Shown here in pieces: positions 10,501 to 18,099 of a stretch of DNA of 40,593 nt. The stretch's first letter is position 1. Each line of letters begins with the position of its first letter. The notes under the pieces were generated by a model, which was not told the origin of the DNA, ran no database searches, and was given only the letters and a program-made list of their open reading frames with translations. Both the position numbers and the translations under genes were made by a program. This DNA is from Spirochaetaceae bacterium (GTDB lineage Bacteria; Spirochaetota; Spirochaetia; Treponematales; Breznakiellaceae). The DNA is taken from positions 1-40,593 of the forward strand of contig JAITBE010000130.1 of the NCBI GenBank assembly GCA_031283755.1, written 5' to 3'.

Positions 10501-10890
10501 AAATTCGTTGCCGGATGAGTAAGATTTTGTATCCAGCCGGTTGCTGCTGGTGATTTTATGAATATCCCGGGAGAGTCTCTCCAGGGGGGATAAAAAATAC
10601 CGGACCATAATAACATAAAAGACCAGGGAGAGGAGGATCAAACCGCTTGCCAGGGATAAAACCAACAGGGTAAGGGGCTGTTCTATTTTATCAAAAATAT
10701 CGGCGGCCGTTATGTACTGCTGGTCTAAATAAGCATTTCCCGACCGGAATAAAGCCTCCAGGACGGTACCCCGGGAAAGGACAATAAAGGCTGCGGTAAA
10801 AACAACGAGGCTGATGCCCAGAACTAAAATAAAAGCAACCCGCAGTGAATGGCTTCTTTTTTTTATAAACAAACCGCTACTCCTATCCAA
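7591..10890 (-). CDS. Membrane-bound hybrid sensor histidine kinase (TM-HAMP-PAS-GAF-PAS-HisKA-HATPase-REC-REC)
   Basis: H-box FLSRMSHEMRTPMN, N-box NLLSNAGKFT, DTGIG, GGTGLGL. Two receivers (VVDD..VDWRMP..KP and LAED..MDIHMP..KP). Two N-terminal TM helices. TTG start uncertain. Confidence 0.92.
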   Translation of the reverse strand: MDRSSGLFIKKRSHSLRVAFILVLGISLVVFTAAFIVLSRGTVLEALFRSGNAYLDQQYITAADIFDKIEQPLTLLVLSLASGLILLSLVFYVIMVRYFLSPLERLSRDIHKITSSNRLDTKSYSSGNEFQILCASINNMLEKLNQSSVSTNVFKSILNSIGADLYVSDPESYEILFINDSMKAHYGLDDRVIEQTCWKVFHRDFTGPCPFCPNKKLSENSGTVEVSEVFNNLTNRYYKNTDCLIDWGKNKYAHLQHSVDISELKAAEATLKKRLQQQELMAAISQTFISSENQSTLLHNALLMIGKFMNVGKTVLLRLNPAANTLEFEHEWYNEGRNLPHAPKQSSPFEPGEIFYDTFITKGDVYLTCNNVDENPKLAAVYAPQGIKAFINVPIFVYGQFWGILGINNDFSEHPWDESDIQTLKLIANAIAGLIIRNNTEEQLVRMSSIVNSSPLWISYITPLGRFEYFNQGVLSIAGYSADELRDQGIYFLFDKHIGDQIRKKFIPYVLQHGAFQAEIPLIRKNGEIRILSLSAFTTDTKRDGIGVIASDITEKRQLERDLIAAKEQAEQSNLAKSNFLSRMSHEMRTPMNAIIGMTTIAQSSHDPERKEYCLSKINEASSHLLGVINDILDMSKIEAGKFELSYTEFNFEKMLQRITNVMNFKLDEKQQDFIVRVARDVPETIIADEQRLAQVLTNLLSNAGKFTPENGTITLAIKKKDAVNNNKFCTLYFEVTDTGIGISPEQQKRLFSLFEQADGSIARKYGGTGLGLSISKSLVELMGGEIWVKSELGMGATFAFEITVEKGTSQNTSEGLKSHIVWEKLHILVVDDSPEVLEYFKDFSESMGLHCSTAADGIDAYNLIKAGYDQMGGTPPFDLVFVDWRMPRMNGIELTQKIKEQFGKNIVVIMISGAEWNIIEDDAKNAGVDSFIPKPLFPSQIVDCINSHLNLQKFVTEKPAAEPSGDHIFEGFTLLLAEDVEINREIALALLEDTGITIDCAENGIEALSMFKEAPAKYQLILMDIHMPEMDGFEATRQIRALEVKEAKTIPIMAMTANVFREDIEKCFAAGMNDHLGKPIDTDELLSKLKKHLLGPGR

Positions 10891-11031
10891 CGAAAATCAG
10901 GCCCTCCCAAAAATCCGGGAATTTAAAGGCCTCATCTTCTAAGATAATAAACAAACCAAGTATATCTTTCATTATAATTATTGTACATGGACAAATACCG
11001 GTCGATATTCTATTATAATAAAATTTAGGAT

Positions 11032-11802
11032 ATGAATTCATTACTTTCTTTACTTACCAAACCCCTGTATATCTTTGGGTTTTTCATCAGAACCCTTAAA
11101 GGGGTGGGTTATTTTTTATTCCGGGGCAGCGTTTCTTTTAAGAGCCTTATCATGCAGATCCTCTTTACCTTTGTGGAAGCCCTGAGTGTTTCCGCCCTGC
11201 TGGCAATTGGTATAGGGGCGGCGGTTAATGTCATCGGTATCCCCTTTTTAGCGAAACTTTCCCAGGAACGGCTCATCTATACCCTGCTCATCACCATCAT
11301 CACCCGGGAATTGGGCCCTCTATTGGCGGCCTTTATCATCATAGCCCGGTCGGCAACGGCCATTGCCACCGAAATTGCCGGTATGGTTATCTCCCACGAG
11401 GTGGAAGCCTACATTTCCGTAGGAATTGACCCTATCGAGCACCTGGCGGTTCCCCGTTTTTTGGGGGTAACTATTTCCCTTTTTTTGCTAAACATTTATT
11501 TTTCCATTTTCGGCTTGGCCGGTTCCTTTCTGGTAGCCCAGTTGTTTAATCCCATGCCCGCCGCGATTTATTTTGATAATTTACTTCAGATATTGTCAAT
11601 CCATGATATACTTATTTCAATTATAAAAAGCCTCGGCTTTGGGATGATTATTTCCATTGTAGCCATCAGCCGGGGATTTGAAGTGGAACGGGCCAGTACG
11701 GAGATTCCCGTGGCAGGGCTCAAGGCGGTGGGGGCCGCCTTTGCCGGGTGTATTATCCTGGATATTGTCCTGACCGCCCTCTACTATATGTTTTTAATCT
11801 AG
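11032..11802 (+). CDS. mlaE: MlaE-family ABC transporter permease
   Basis: RELGPLLAAFIIIARSATAIATEIAGM..HEVEA..GIDP...VPR; multiple TM segments. Confidence 0.88.
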   Translation: MNSLLSLLTKPLYIFGFFIRTLKGVGYFLFRGSVSFKSLIMQILFTFVEALSVSALLAIGIGAAVNVIGIPFLAKLSQERLIYTLLITIITRELGPLLAAFIIIARSATAIATEIAGMVISHEVEAYISVGIDPIEHLAVPRFLGVTISLFLLNIYFSIFGLAGSFLVAQLFNPMPAAIYFDNLLQILSIHDILISIIKSLGFGMIISIVAISRGFEVERASTEIPVAGLKAVGAAFAGCIILDIVLTALYYMFLI

Positions 11803-11832
11803 GTCCAGGAGGAGTATTGAAGGGGAACAGGT

Positions 11833-12570
11833 ATGGCAAATGGCATTATTGAGTTAAAAAACACCTCCTTTTTTGCTCAAAACATGAAGGTGGTTCAGAA
11901 TGTTTCCTGTTGGTTTGAGGAAGGTAAAACCACTGCCCTGGTAGGTCCCTCGGGGGGCGGTAAAAGTACGGTACTTAAACTTTCCGCGGGGCTTCTGGTT
12001 CCCAGCCATGGAGAGGTTTGTTTCCGGGGAAGGAATATTTCCCTCATGAGCCGGAAAGAAAACCTGGCCTTCCGTAAGGAAGGGGCGGTGGTATTTCAGG
12101 ATTCGGCCCTCTGGGCAAACCAGAACCTGGATCAGATCCTGGAACTTCCCCTGAAAGTGCATTTCCCCTTGATGACCAAAACGGACCGGGATAAGCGGAT
12201 CGCCGAGGTCCTCTCGGAGGTGGGGTATAAAAAGGCCCTGGATATGCGGCCTTCCATGTTGTCCATGGGGGAACAAAAACTTATTGCCTTTGCCCGGGCC
12301 ATGCTCTGCCGGCCGGCCCTGCTTTTTCTGGACGAATGGACCGAATCTTTGGATGACAGCGCGGCCCAACGCCTGATCAATCTCGTCCGGCGCCGCCGGG
12401 AGGAGGGGAATACCATCATCTTAGTGAGCCATGATTTTAGGATCATCAAAAATCTTGCCGATTACATTATCATGATCCAGGAGGGGAAACTCGCTTTTAC
12501 GTTTACGAGGGAACAAATCGTAGAGGATGAAAATTTGGCTCAACTCGTAGAGAAGGGAATCGCTTCATGA
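11833..12570 (+). CDS. mlaF: MlaF-like ABC ATP-binding protein
   Basis: Walker A GPSGGGKS, Q-loop VFQD, signature LSMGEQK, Walker B LFLDE, switch SHD; lies between the mlaE- and mlaD-like genes. Confidence 0.82.
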   Translation: MANGIIELKNTSFFAQNMKVVQNVSCWFEEGKTTALVGPSGGGKSTVLKLSAGLLVPSHGEVCFRGRNISLMSRKENLAFRKEGAVVFQDSALWANQNLDQILELPLKVHFPLMTKTDRDKRIAEVLSEVGYKKALDMRPSMLSMGEQKLIAFARAMLCRPALLFLDEWTESLDDSAAQRLINLVRRRREEGNTIILVSHDFRIIKNLADYIIMIQEGKLAFTFTREQIVEDENLAQLVEKGIAS

Positions 12571-13574
12571 AATTCAAGATACGTTTTGCGGACCAAATAG
12601 TCGGTTTTCTTGTTATTGTGGCCCTGGTCATCCTGGTTTTTGTGATTATTATGCTCGGATCCAGGCAGCGGTGGTTCGCCAAGGACTATTTTTTCAAAAC
12701 CTATTTGGATTCAGCCTCGGGGTTGGGGGATAATATGGTAGTTCAGTACAAGGGTTTTCCCATAGGAAACGTAAAATCCTTTGTACTTACCGACGAAGAC
12801 AAGGTGGAGGTAACCTTTTCTATTTATGATAAATATGTCAGCCGGGTCAGGCAGGGCTCCCTGGTGGAACTTATGGTCAGTCCCATTGGTCTGGGCAATC
12901 AATTTCTTTTTTATTCCGGCCTTGGGGAAGAACTGCTGGAGGAGGGGTCTCTGGTACCGGTGGTACACTCCCCCCAGGCGGAAAACCTCATCAAAATGGG
13001 CTTGGCCAGGGTCCCCACCCGGGATGACAGCATAACCCAGCTGCTGGCCCAGATTGACCAGGTCCTGACCCAATTTAATACGGATCTCCTCCCGGCGGTT
13101 AACGTAATTTTGCGCGATTTGGACGAAGTTTTGGTGGAGGTAAACGAGGCGGTAGCCGGAACCGATAAGACCTCCCTGGGCCGCACCCTGGGGGGGATAG
13201 ACGAACTGGTAAATGTTAGTCTGGACCCCATTTTGAGGGATATTAAAAATATAAGCGGCGATTTGGAAATTCTCGCGGCCCAATTAATTGAACCGGAGGG
13301 TTTGATTTTTACCGTTCTTGATACGGAAGGTTCTGTGTACACGAATCTGGAGTCCTCCCTCCAATCCATATCAGGAACCTTGAGAAATCTGGAAAAAGCC
13401 ACCGCGGTTTTGCCTTCCCAGGTACCCGGGATTGTTTCCGAGCTGCGGGATGTCCTCAAGAGCGCCGAAGATGTGCTGACCGCCCTGTTGAACAATCCCC
13501 TCCTAAAAAAAGGAGTGCCGTCCCCGGTTGAAGTTCAGACCAATGGTACCAATCCCCGGGATATATCCTTTTAA
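12567..13574 (+). CDS. mlaD: MlaD/MCE-domain protein with long helical C-terminus
   Basis: N-terminal TM anchor; MCE motif ASGL..NMVVQYKGFPIGNV; ATGA overlap with the ATPase gene. Confidence 0.82.
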   Translation: MKFKIRFADQIVGFLVIVALVILVFVIIMLGSRQRWFAKDYFFKTYLDSASGLGDNMVVQYKGFPIGNVKSFVLTDEDKVEVTFSIYDKYVSRVRQGSLVELMVSPIGLGNQFLFYSGLGEELLEEGSLVPVVHSPQAENLIKMGLARVPTRDDSITQLLAQIDQVLTQFNTDLLPAVNVILRDLDEVLVEVNEAVAGTDKTSLGRTLGGIDELVNVSLDPILRDIKNISGDLEILAAQLIEPEGLIFTVLDTEGSVYTNLESSLQSISGTLRNLEKATAVLPSQVPGIVSELRDVLKSAEDVLTALLNNPLLKKGVPSPVEVQTNGTNPRDISF

Positions 13575-13578
13575 AGGG

Positions 13579-13613
13579 GAGGCTTTTTCAAAGCCGAATT
13601 TTGAAAAAGCCTT
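13579..13613. repeat. Palindromic intergenic repeat, family A (possible bidirectional terminator)
   Basis: Perfect 13-bp arms AGGCTTTTTCAAA (13580-13592) and TTTGAAAAAGCCT (13600-13612), directly after the mlaD stop. Confidence 0.8.
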
Positions 13614-13620
13614 AGGGAAT

Positions 13621-13662
13621 AACAGCGTTGTTCGGAAACCGCGGTTTCCGAACAACTTCCGC
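13621..13662. repeat. Palindromic intergenic repeat, family B
   Basis: Perfect 30-bp palindrome GTTGTTCGGAAACCGCGGTTTCCGAACAAC at 13627-13656. Confidence 0.8.
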
Positions 13663-13750
13663 TCAAATACCGCAATTTCGCGGCCCAAGGGTTCGTTGGC
13701 GGAAATTGTAAGACGGTGAGGCAGCCGGCCGGGTTGTCGAACCAGTCTAA

Positions 13751-14653
13751 ATGAGGAGTATGATGGGAAAAAGGCTTGAAGAAAGGACCGGCGTCCTCTT
13801 TCCGGGGATGGCCCTGTTTTTTGTTCTGGCGGTTTTTGTCTTGGGGGCCTGTTCTTCGGCGCCGGAACGGCCGGCGGAATTATTCACGGTCCGGAATGAG
13901 ACCGAAACTCAGCTAAACCTGGCCAACCGGGAGGCGGACCGGGGTAATTACGAGGGGGCCCTGACCCTTTTGGAGGAGGCCCGGCGCCTTGCCGCCAGTA
14001 CCGACCGGCCGCCCCTGTTGATCCGGGTGTGGCTTTCCCAGGGGAATGTCTTTTTTTCCCTGGGCCGTGTCGAAGAAGCCCGGGCCCTCTGGAACGCCGC
14101 CCTGACGGAGGCGGAACGGGCGGGGGAAGAGGAACTGGCCGCGGCCAGCCGGATCTACATGGCCAGGGGCGTCCTGATTTTGGGCGAAGACACCGGCGCC
14201 CCGCAGAAGGTTATAGCGGCGGTAACCGAAGATTTGGCCCGGTTAACATCGGATAAGCTCAACAGCGCCCTGGGATGGACCGTTATCGGCCTTGCCGAAA
14301 AGGAACTCCGCCGCTGGACCGAAGCGGAAAATGCCCTGACCAAAGCCCTGGATATCCATGAAAAGGATCGGTATCTGGAGCTGGCCGCCTATGACTGGTA
14401 CCTGATCGCCTCAGTCCGCTCCGTGTCCGGCCAGTATGCTTCCGCCCTGGAGGCTCTTTCCCGGGCCCTGGACCTGGACCGCCGGGCGGAAAACAGTTAC
14501 GGCCTGGGTATGGACTGGCTTGCCCTGGGGGATGTATACCAAAAGGCCGCCCGCGGCGATGAGGCCCTTGCCGCCTATCGGCGTTCCGCGGAGATCTTCC
14601 GCGCCATAGGGCTTGAAAAGGAAGCGGCGGAGGCCGAGCGCCGGGCGCGTTGA
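13751..14653 (+). CDS. TPR-repeat lipoprotein
   Basis: Lipobox-like VFVLGAC-SS, then Ala/Leu-rich TPR-type helices (ALGDVY..A...EALAAYRRS). Start may be 13763 or 13808. Confidence 0.75.
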   Translation: MRSMMGKRLEERTGVLFPGMALFFVLAVFVLGACSSAPERPAELFTVRNETETQLNLANREADRGNYEGALTLLEEARRLAASTDRPPLLIRVWLSQGNVFFSLGRVEEARALWNAALTEAERAGEEELAAASRIYMARGVLILGEDTGAPQKVIAAVTEDLARLTSDKLNSALGWTVIGLAEKELRRWTEAENALTKALDIHEKDRYLELAAYDWYLIASVRSVSGQYASALEALSRALDLDRRAENSYGLGMDWLALGDVYQKAARGDEALAAYRRSAEIFRAIGLEKEAAEAERRAR

Positions 14654-14686
14654 CAGGAAGGCGGCAATACCTGCCTATGTTACGAG

Positions 14687-15547
14687 CTACTCAATTCCTC
14701 CCATTTCGGGGAGGTATTTCCAGTACCGGGCGGGCATAAACTGCCGCTGCAGGCCGGGATTTTTCCGGCGGGGATTATTAATTGAGCGGTGATAGGTCCG
14801 CCAAAGTTCCTCCCAGGGATCCGGGACCTTGCCGGATTCTCCGCCGGAAAAGGCGGTCTCCCGGGGCAAAGCCGCCGGACTTAGCAAACGCGGCTCCCCC
14901 CTTCCGTCACCCCAAAGGCAAAGTTCCCGTTTTTCATCGATGATAAGCCAGGGGGCGTCCCCAAAGCGGCGGGAAAAGTGACCGGCCAGCCGGGGAAGGA
15001 CAAAATAGTCCGGGGCGCAGCGGGCAATATAGGTTCCCCGGGAATCAAGGCTGAACCGGAGGAACCCGAAGAGGCGGTCTGTTTCGTGTCTGACCTTGTA
15101 GGCCGCGTCAAGGACCGCCCTAACATCGGGGTTTCCCCGGTCAGCCGCGGCCCGTTCCGCCCCGCGCCGCGCCTCCGGGGAGTCCATTCCCCCGCCGGCC
15201 GCTTTTGCCGCGGAATGGGCCGCGGCAAAAATCCTCCCGCCAAAACAGATACATTCCGCTTCTATGGGGAACTCGCTCATCCAGCCGCAGAGGAAACTGT
15301 CATAGGCTCCGGCGGAAAGTTCAAAAAATTCTTCCGCCAGGACGGCGGCCTCCTCCCCGGAGGCAGGACAAAAGATTCCGCCGGGAAGCCCGCCGGACCC
15401 AAAAAGGTCCGGTTGATCCGGGCCTCCCCGGGGAAAAAACCGGCGGATCCGGTTCGGCGGGGGGTCGCCCCGGCAAACCCCTGCGAGGATCGTGAGGAGT
15501 CCCTCAAAGGTTCCGTCATAACTCAGTTCGGACACATAAAGGGCCAT
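14687..15547 (-). CDS. TIGR03915/DUF4130-family putative DNA repair protein
   Basis: YDGTFEGLLT, HETDRLFGFLRF, HFSRRF..W.IIDEKR, WEELWRTYHRSINNPRRKN...QFMPARYWKYLPEM. Confidence 0.88.
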   Translation of the reverse strand: MALYVSELSYDGTFEGLLTILAGVCRGDPPPNRIRRFFPRGGPDQPDLFGSGGLPGGIFCPASGEEAAVLAEEFFELSAGAYDSFLCGWMSEFPIEAECICFGGRIFAAAHSAAKAAGGGMDSPEARRGAERAAADRGNPDVRAVLDAAYKVRHETDRLFGFLRFSLDSRGTYIARCAPDYFVLPRLAGHFSRRFGDAPWLIIDEKRELCLWGDGRGEPRLLSPAALPRETAFSGGESGKVPDPWEELWRTYHRSINNPRRKNPGLQRQFMPARYWKYLPEMGGIE

Positions 15548-15558
15548 TCCCGGCCGCC

Positions 15559-16827
15559 CTAAAACTCAAAGAGGGGAAGCTGGAGTCCCGCGCCGTCACT
15601 GTCCGAGAGGAAACGGCGGATCCGGCGGGGATCGTCGGGCCGGTCCATGGAGGAACCGGAAAGGGTGATAAAATACTTGGCCCGTTTTAAGACCACTCCC
15701 AACCGCCGGAGGCTGTCAAAGGAGAGGGTCCGGGATCGCCGGACCTCCAGGATACGGCGGGCGCTTTTTGCCCCAATCCCCGGTACTCTGAGGAGGGCTT
15801 CGTAGTCCACGGTGTTTATTTCCAGGGGGAATTGGCCCAGATTTTTCAGGGCCCATGCGGTTTTGGGGTCCAGGTGGGGGTCCAGAAAAGGGGCGGATTG
15901 ATCCAGGATCTCCTCGGGCCGGAAGTGGTAAAACCGGAGAAGCCAATCCGCCTGGTAAAGCCGGTGCTCCCGAACCAGGGGCGGACCGGGAATATCCGGG
16001 AGCCGGGGGTCGGGGATACCCCCCCGGCCGGGAAGACCCGGGGGGATAAAGGCGGAATAGTAGACCCGGCGCAGGGAGAATTTGCGGTAAAGCGCCCCGG
16101 AAAGGGAGATAATCTGGCGGTCGTCCTCTTCGCTGGCCCCCACGATGAGCTGGGTGCTCTGCCCCGCCGGCGCAAAAACCGGGACGGAAGTTTTACCCTG
16201 GGGTAAAAAACGGATTTGCCGCCGGTCCTTCTCAAATTGGGCCTCGGTTTCAGCCACCTCCTCCATGGCCCCCAGGATCACCTTCCCCGATTTTTGAGGG
16301 GCCAGGGCTTGCAGGCTTCTGTCCGTGGGGAGTTCTATGTTGGCGCTTAACCGGTCCGCCCATAACCCCGCCCGGCGGATCAATTTTTCCCCGGTTCCGG
16401 GGATGATCTTGAGGTGAATATATCCCCCGTATCCCGCCTCGGTCCGCAGCTTTTTGGCGGTTTCGATGAGTTTTTCCATAACAATATCGGGATCGGCGAA
16501 GATCCCGGAGGAAAGGAAAAGCCCTTCAATATAGTTCCGCCGGTAGAATTGGCAGGTAAGTTCCACCAGCTCGTCCACGGTAAAGGAGGTCCGCCGGGTA
16601 TCTGCCGAGGCCCGGTTTACACAGTAGGCGCAGTCGAACCGGCAGCTATTGGAGTAAAGAACCTTTAGAAGACTGACGCAGCGGCCGTCTTCGGTCCAGC
16701 TATGGCATATCCCGGCGGGTTCGGCAAGGCCGAAGCCGGTTCCCCTGCCGCTGCTCCCGGAGGACGCACAGGACGCATCGTATTTCGCCGCCCCCGCCAG
16801 GAGGGCAATTTTTTCCCCTAAATCCAT
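15559..16827 (-). CDS. TIGR03916-family putative DNA modification/repair radical SAM protein with HhH motif
   Basis: AKYDASCASSG, GICHSWTEDGRCVSLLK, CxxxCxxC (CRFDCAYC), REHRLYQADWLLRFY, HhH VPGIGAKSARRI. ATG 16827 preferred. Confidence 0.93.
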   Translation of the reverse strand: MDLGEKIALLAGAAKYDASCASSGSSGRGTGFGLAEPAGICHSWTEDGRCVSLLKVLYSNSCRFDCAYCVNRASADTRRTSFTVDELVELTCQFYRRNYIEGLFLSSGIFADPDIVMEKLIETAKKLRTEAGYGGYIHLKIIPGTGEKLIRRAGLWADRLSANIELPTDRSLQALAPQKSGKVILGAMEEVAETEAQFEKDRRQIRFLPQGKTSVPVFAPAGQSTQLIVGASEEDDRQIISLSGALYRKFSLRRVYYSAFIPPGLPGRGGIPDPRLPDIPGPPLVREHRLYQADWLLRFYHFRPEEILDQSAPFLDPHLDPKTAWALKNLGQFPLEINTVDYEALLRVPGIGAKSARRILEVRRSRTLSFDSLRRLGVVLKRAKYFITLSGSSMDRPDDPRRIRRFLSDSDGAGLQLPLFEF

Positions 16828-16833
16828 GATATT

Positions 16834-16862
16834 ACTATACATGCGTATAGGAATGATTACAA
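16834..16862 (-). promoter_or_regulatory. sigma70-type leaderless promoter with overlapping 16-bp palindrome
   Basis: Minus strand TTGTAA-17-TATAGT-6 nt-ATG. Palindrome CTATAC-ATGC-GTATAG at 16835-16850. Confidence 0.55.
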
Positions 16863-16927
16863 GCACTTTTTTGATTAAAGTGAGTTTGTTTTAAAACGCG
16901 GATCAGTCTATTATGCGGAGGAAAAAA

Positions 16928-18064
16928 GTGAATTATTCGATTGCCCTGGTTCCCGGCGACGGGATAGGCCCCGATGTGGTTACCCAGGCCACGGAAGTTC
17001 TGGATGCGGTGGGGGATAAATTCGGCCGCACGTTTAACTACGTTGAATTGGAAGCCGGAGGTTGTGCCATTGACCATACCGGGGAGCCGCTGCCCCCGGA
17101 GACCCTGGAAGCGGCCAAACAATGCGACGCCCTGCTTTTGGGGGCTGTGGGGGGACCTAAGTGGGAAACCTTGCCGGGGAATCTGCGTCCGGAACGGGCC
17201 CTCCTGGGGCTTCGCGCCGGCCTGGAGGTTTACGCCAACCTGCGGCCCGCGGTTCTCCTGCCCCAGCTCCGTTCCGCCTGCCCCCTCAAGGACGAGGTTC
17301 TGGCCGCGGGTAATCTTCAGGGTACGGACGGTTTTGATCTCCTTATAGTCCGGGAACTGACCGGGGGAATCTACTTTGGCAAACAGGGCCGGAGTGACGA
17401 CGGAAATTCCGCCTTTGATACCGAAACCTATTCCAAGGGGGAGATCGAGCGGGTTCTCCGTACCGCCTACGCCGCCGCGGAGGTCCGCCGAAAAAAACTC
17501 TGCATGGTGGATAAGGCCAATGTTCTTGAATCTTCCCGGCTCTGGCGGGAACTGACCCAGGCCCTCTCCCGGGAGTACCCCCATATTGAAACTTCCTACC
17601 TGTATGTGGATAATTGTGCTATGCAGCTGGTTCGATCTCCGGGCCAGTTTGATGTGATCGTTACCTCCAACCTCTTTGGGGACATCCTCTCCGACGAAGC
17701 CGCGGTTCTTACCGGTTCCATCGGAATGCTTGCCTCCGCAAGCCTGGGGGCCCCCGCCTCCTCCCTGGCGCAAAAGGGGCCCCGGGGGATCTACGAACCT
17801 ATCCACGGTTCCGCCCCGGACATCGCCGGCCGGGATATCGCCAACCCCCTGGCGGCGATCCTCTCCGCCGCTATGATGCTCCGTTATTCCTTTGGCTTGG
17901 AGAAGGAGGCCCTTGCCGTCGAGGCCGCGGTGAACGCCGTTCTGGACGCGGGGCTGCGGACCCAGGATATCGCCGGCCGGGGGGACCACGCCGGGAATGA
18001 AAAAGTTGTCGGTACCCGGAAAATGGGAGCGGCGGTGTTGGAGGCGTTAATAAATGAGGCGTAA
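16928..18064 (+). CDS. leuB: 3-isopropylmalate dehydrogenase
   Basis: [63 protein letters not shown] start 16928 after GGAGG. Confidence 0.96.
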   Translation: MNYSIALVPGDGIGPDVVTQATEVLDAVGDKFGRTFNYVELEAGGCAIDHTGEPLPPETLEAAKQCDALLLGAVGGPKWETLPGNLRPERALLGLRAGLEVYANLRPAVLLPQLRSACPLKDEVLAAGNLQGTDGFDLLIVRELTGGIYFGKQGRSDDGNSAFDTETYSKGEIERVLRTAYAAAEVRRKKLCMVDKANVLESSRLWRELTQALSREYPHIETSYLYVDNCAMQLVRSPGQFDVIVTSNLFGDILSDEAAVLTGSIGMLASASLGAPASSLAQKGPRGIYEPIHGSAPDIAGRDIANPLAAILSAAMMLRYSFGLEKEALAVEAAVNAVLDAGLRTQDIAGRGDHAGNEKVVGTRKMGAAVLEALINEA

Positions 18065-18099
18065 GGAACGGGAAGGGAGATGAAAGGGAGGAGCGCAGG

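Noticed and set aside
7372-11031. Genomic island integrated at tRNA-Pro carrying the hybrid kinase
   Set aside because: No integrase and no duplicated tRNA 3' end found at the far side.
16835-17989. 384-aa antisense ORF over leuB, and similar shadows over ilvB, dus, argS and pfk
   Set aside because: Fully antisense to well-supported genes in GC-rich DNA, with no recognisable motifs.
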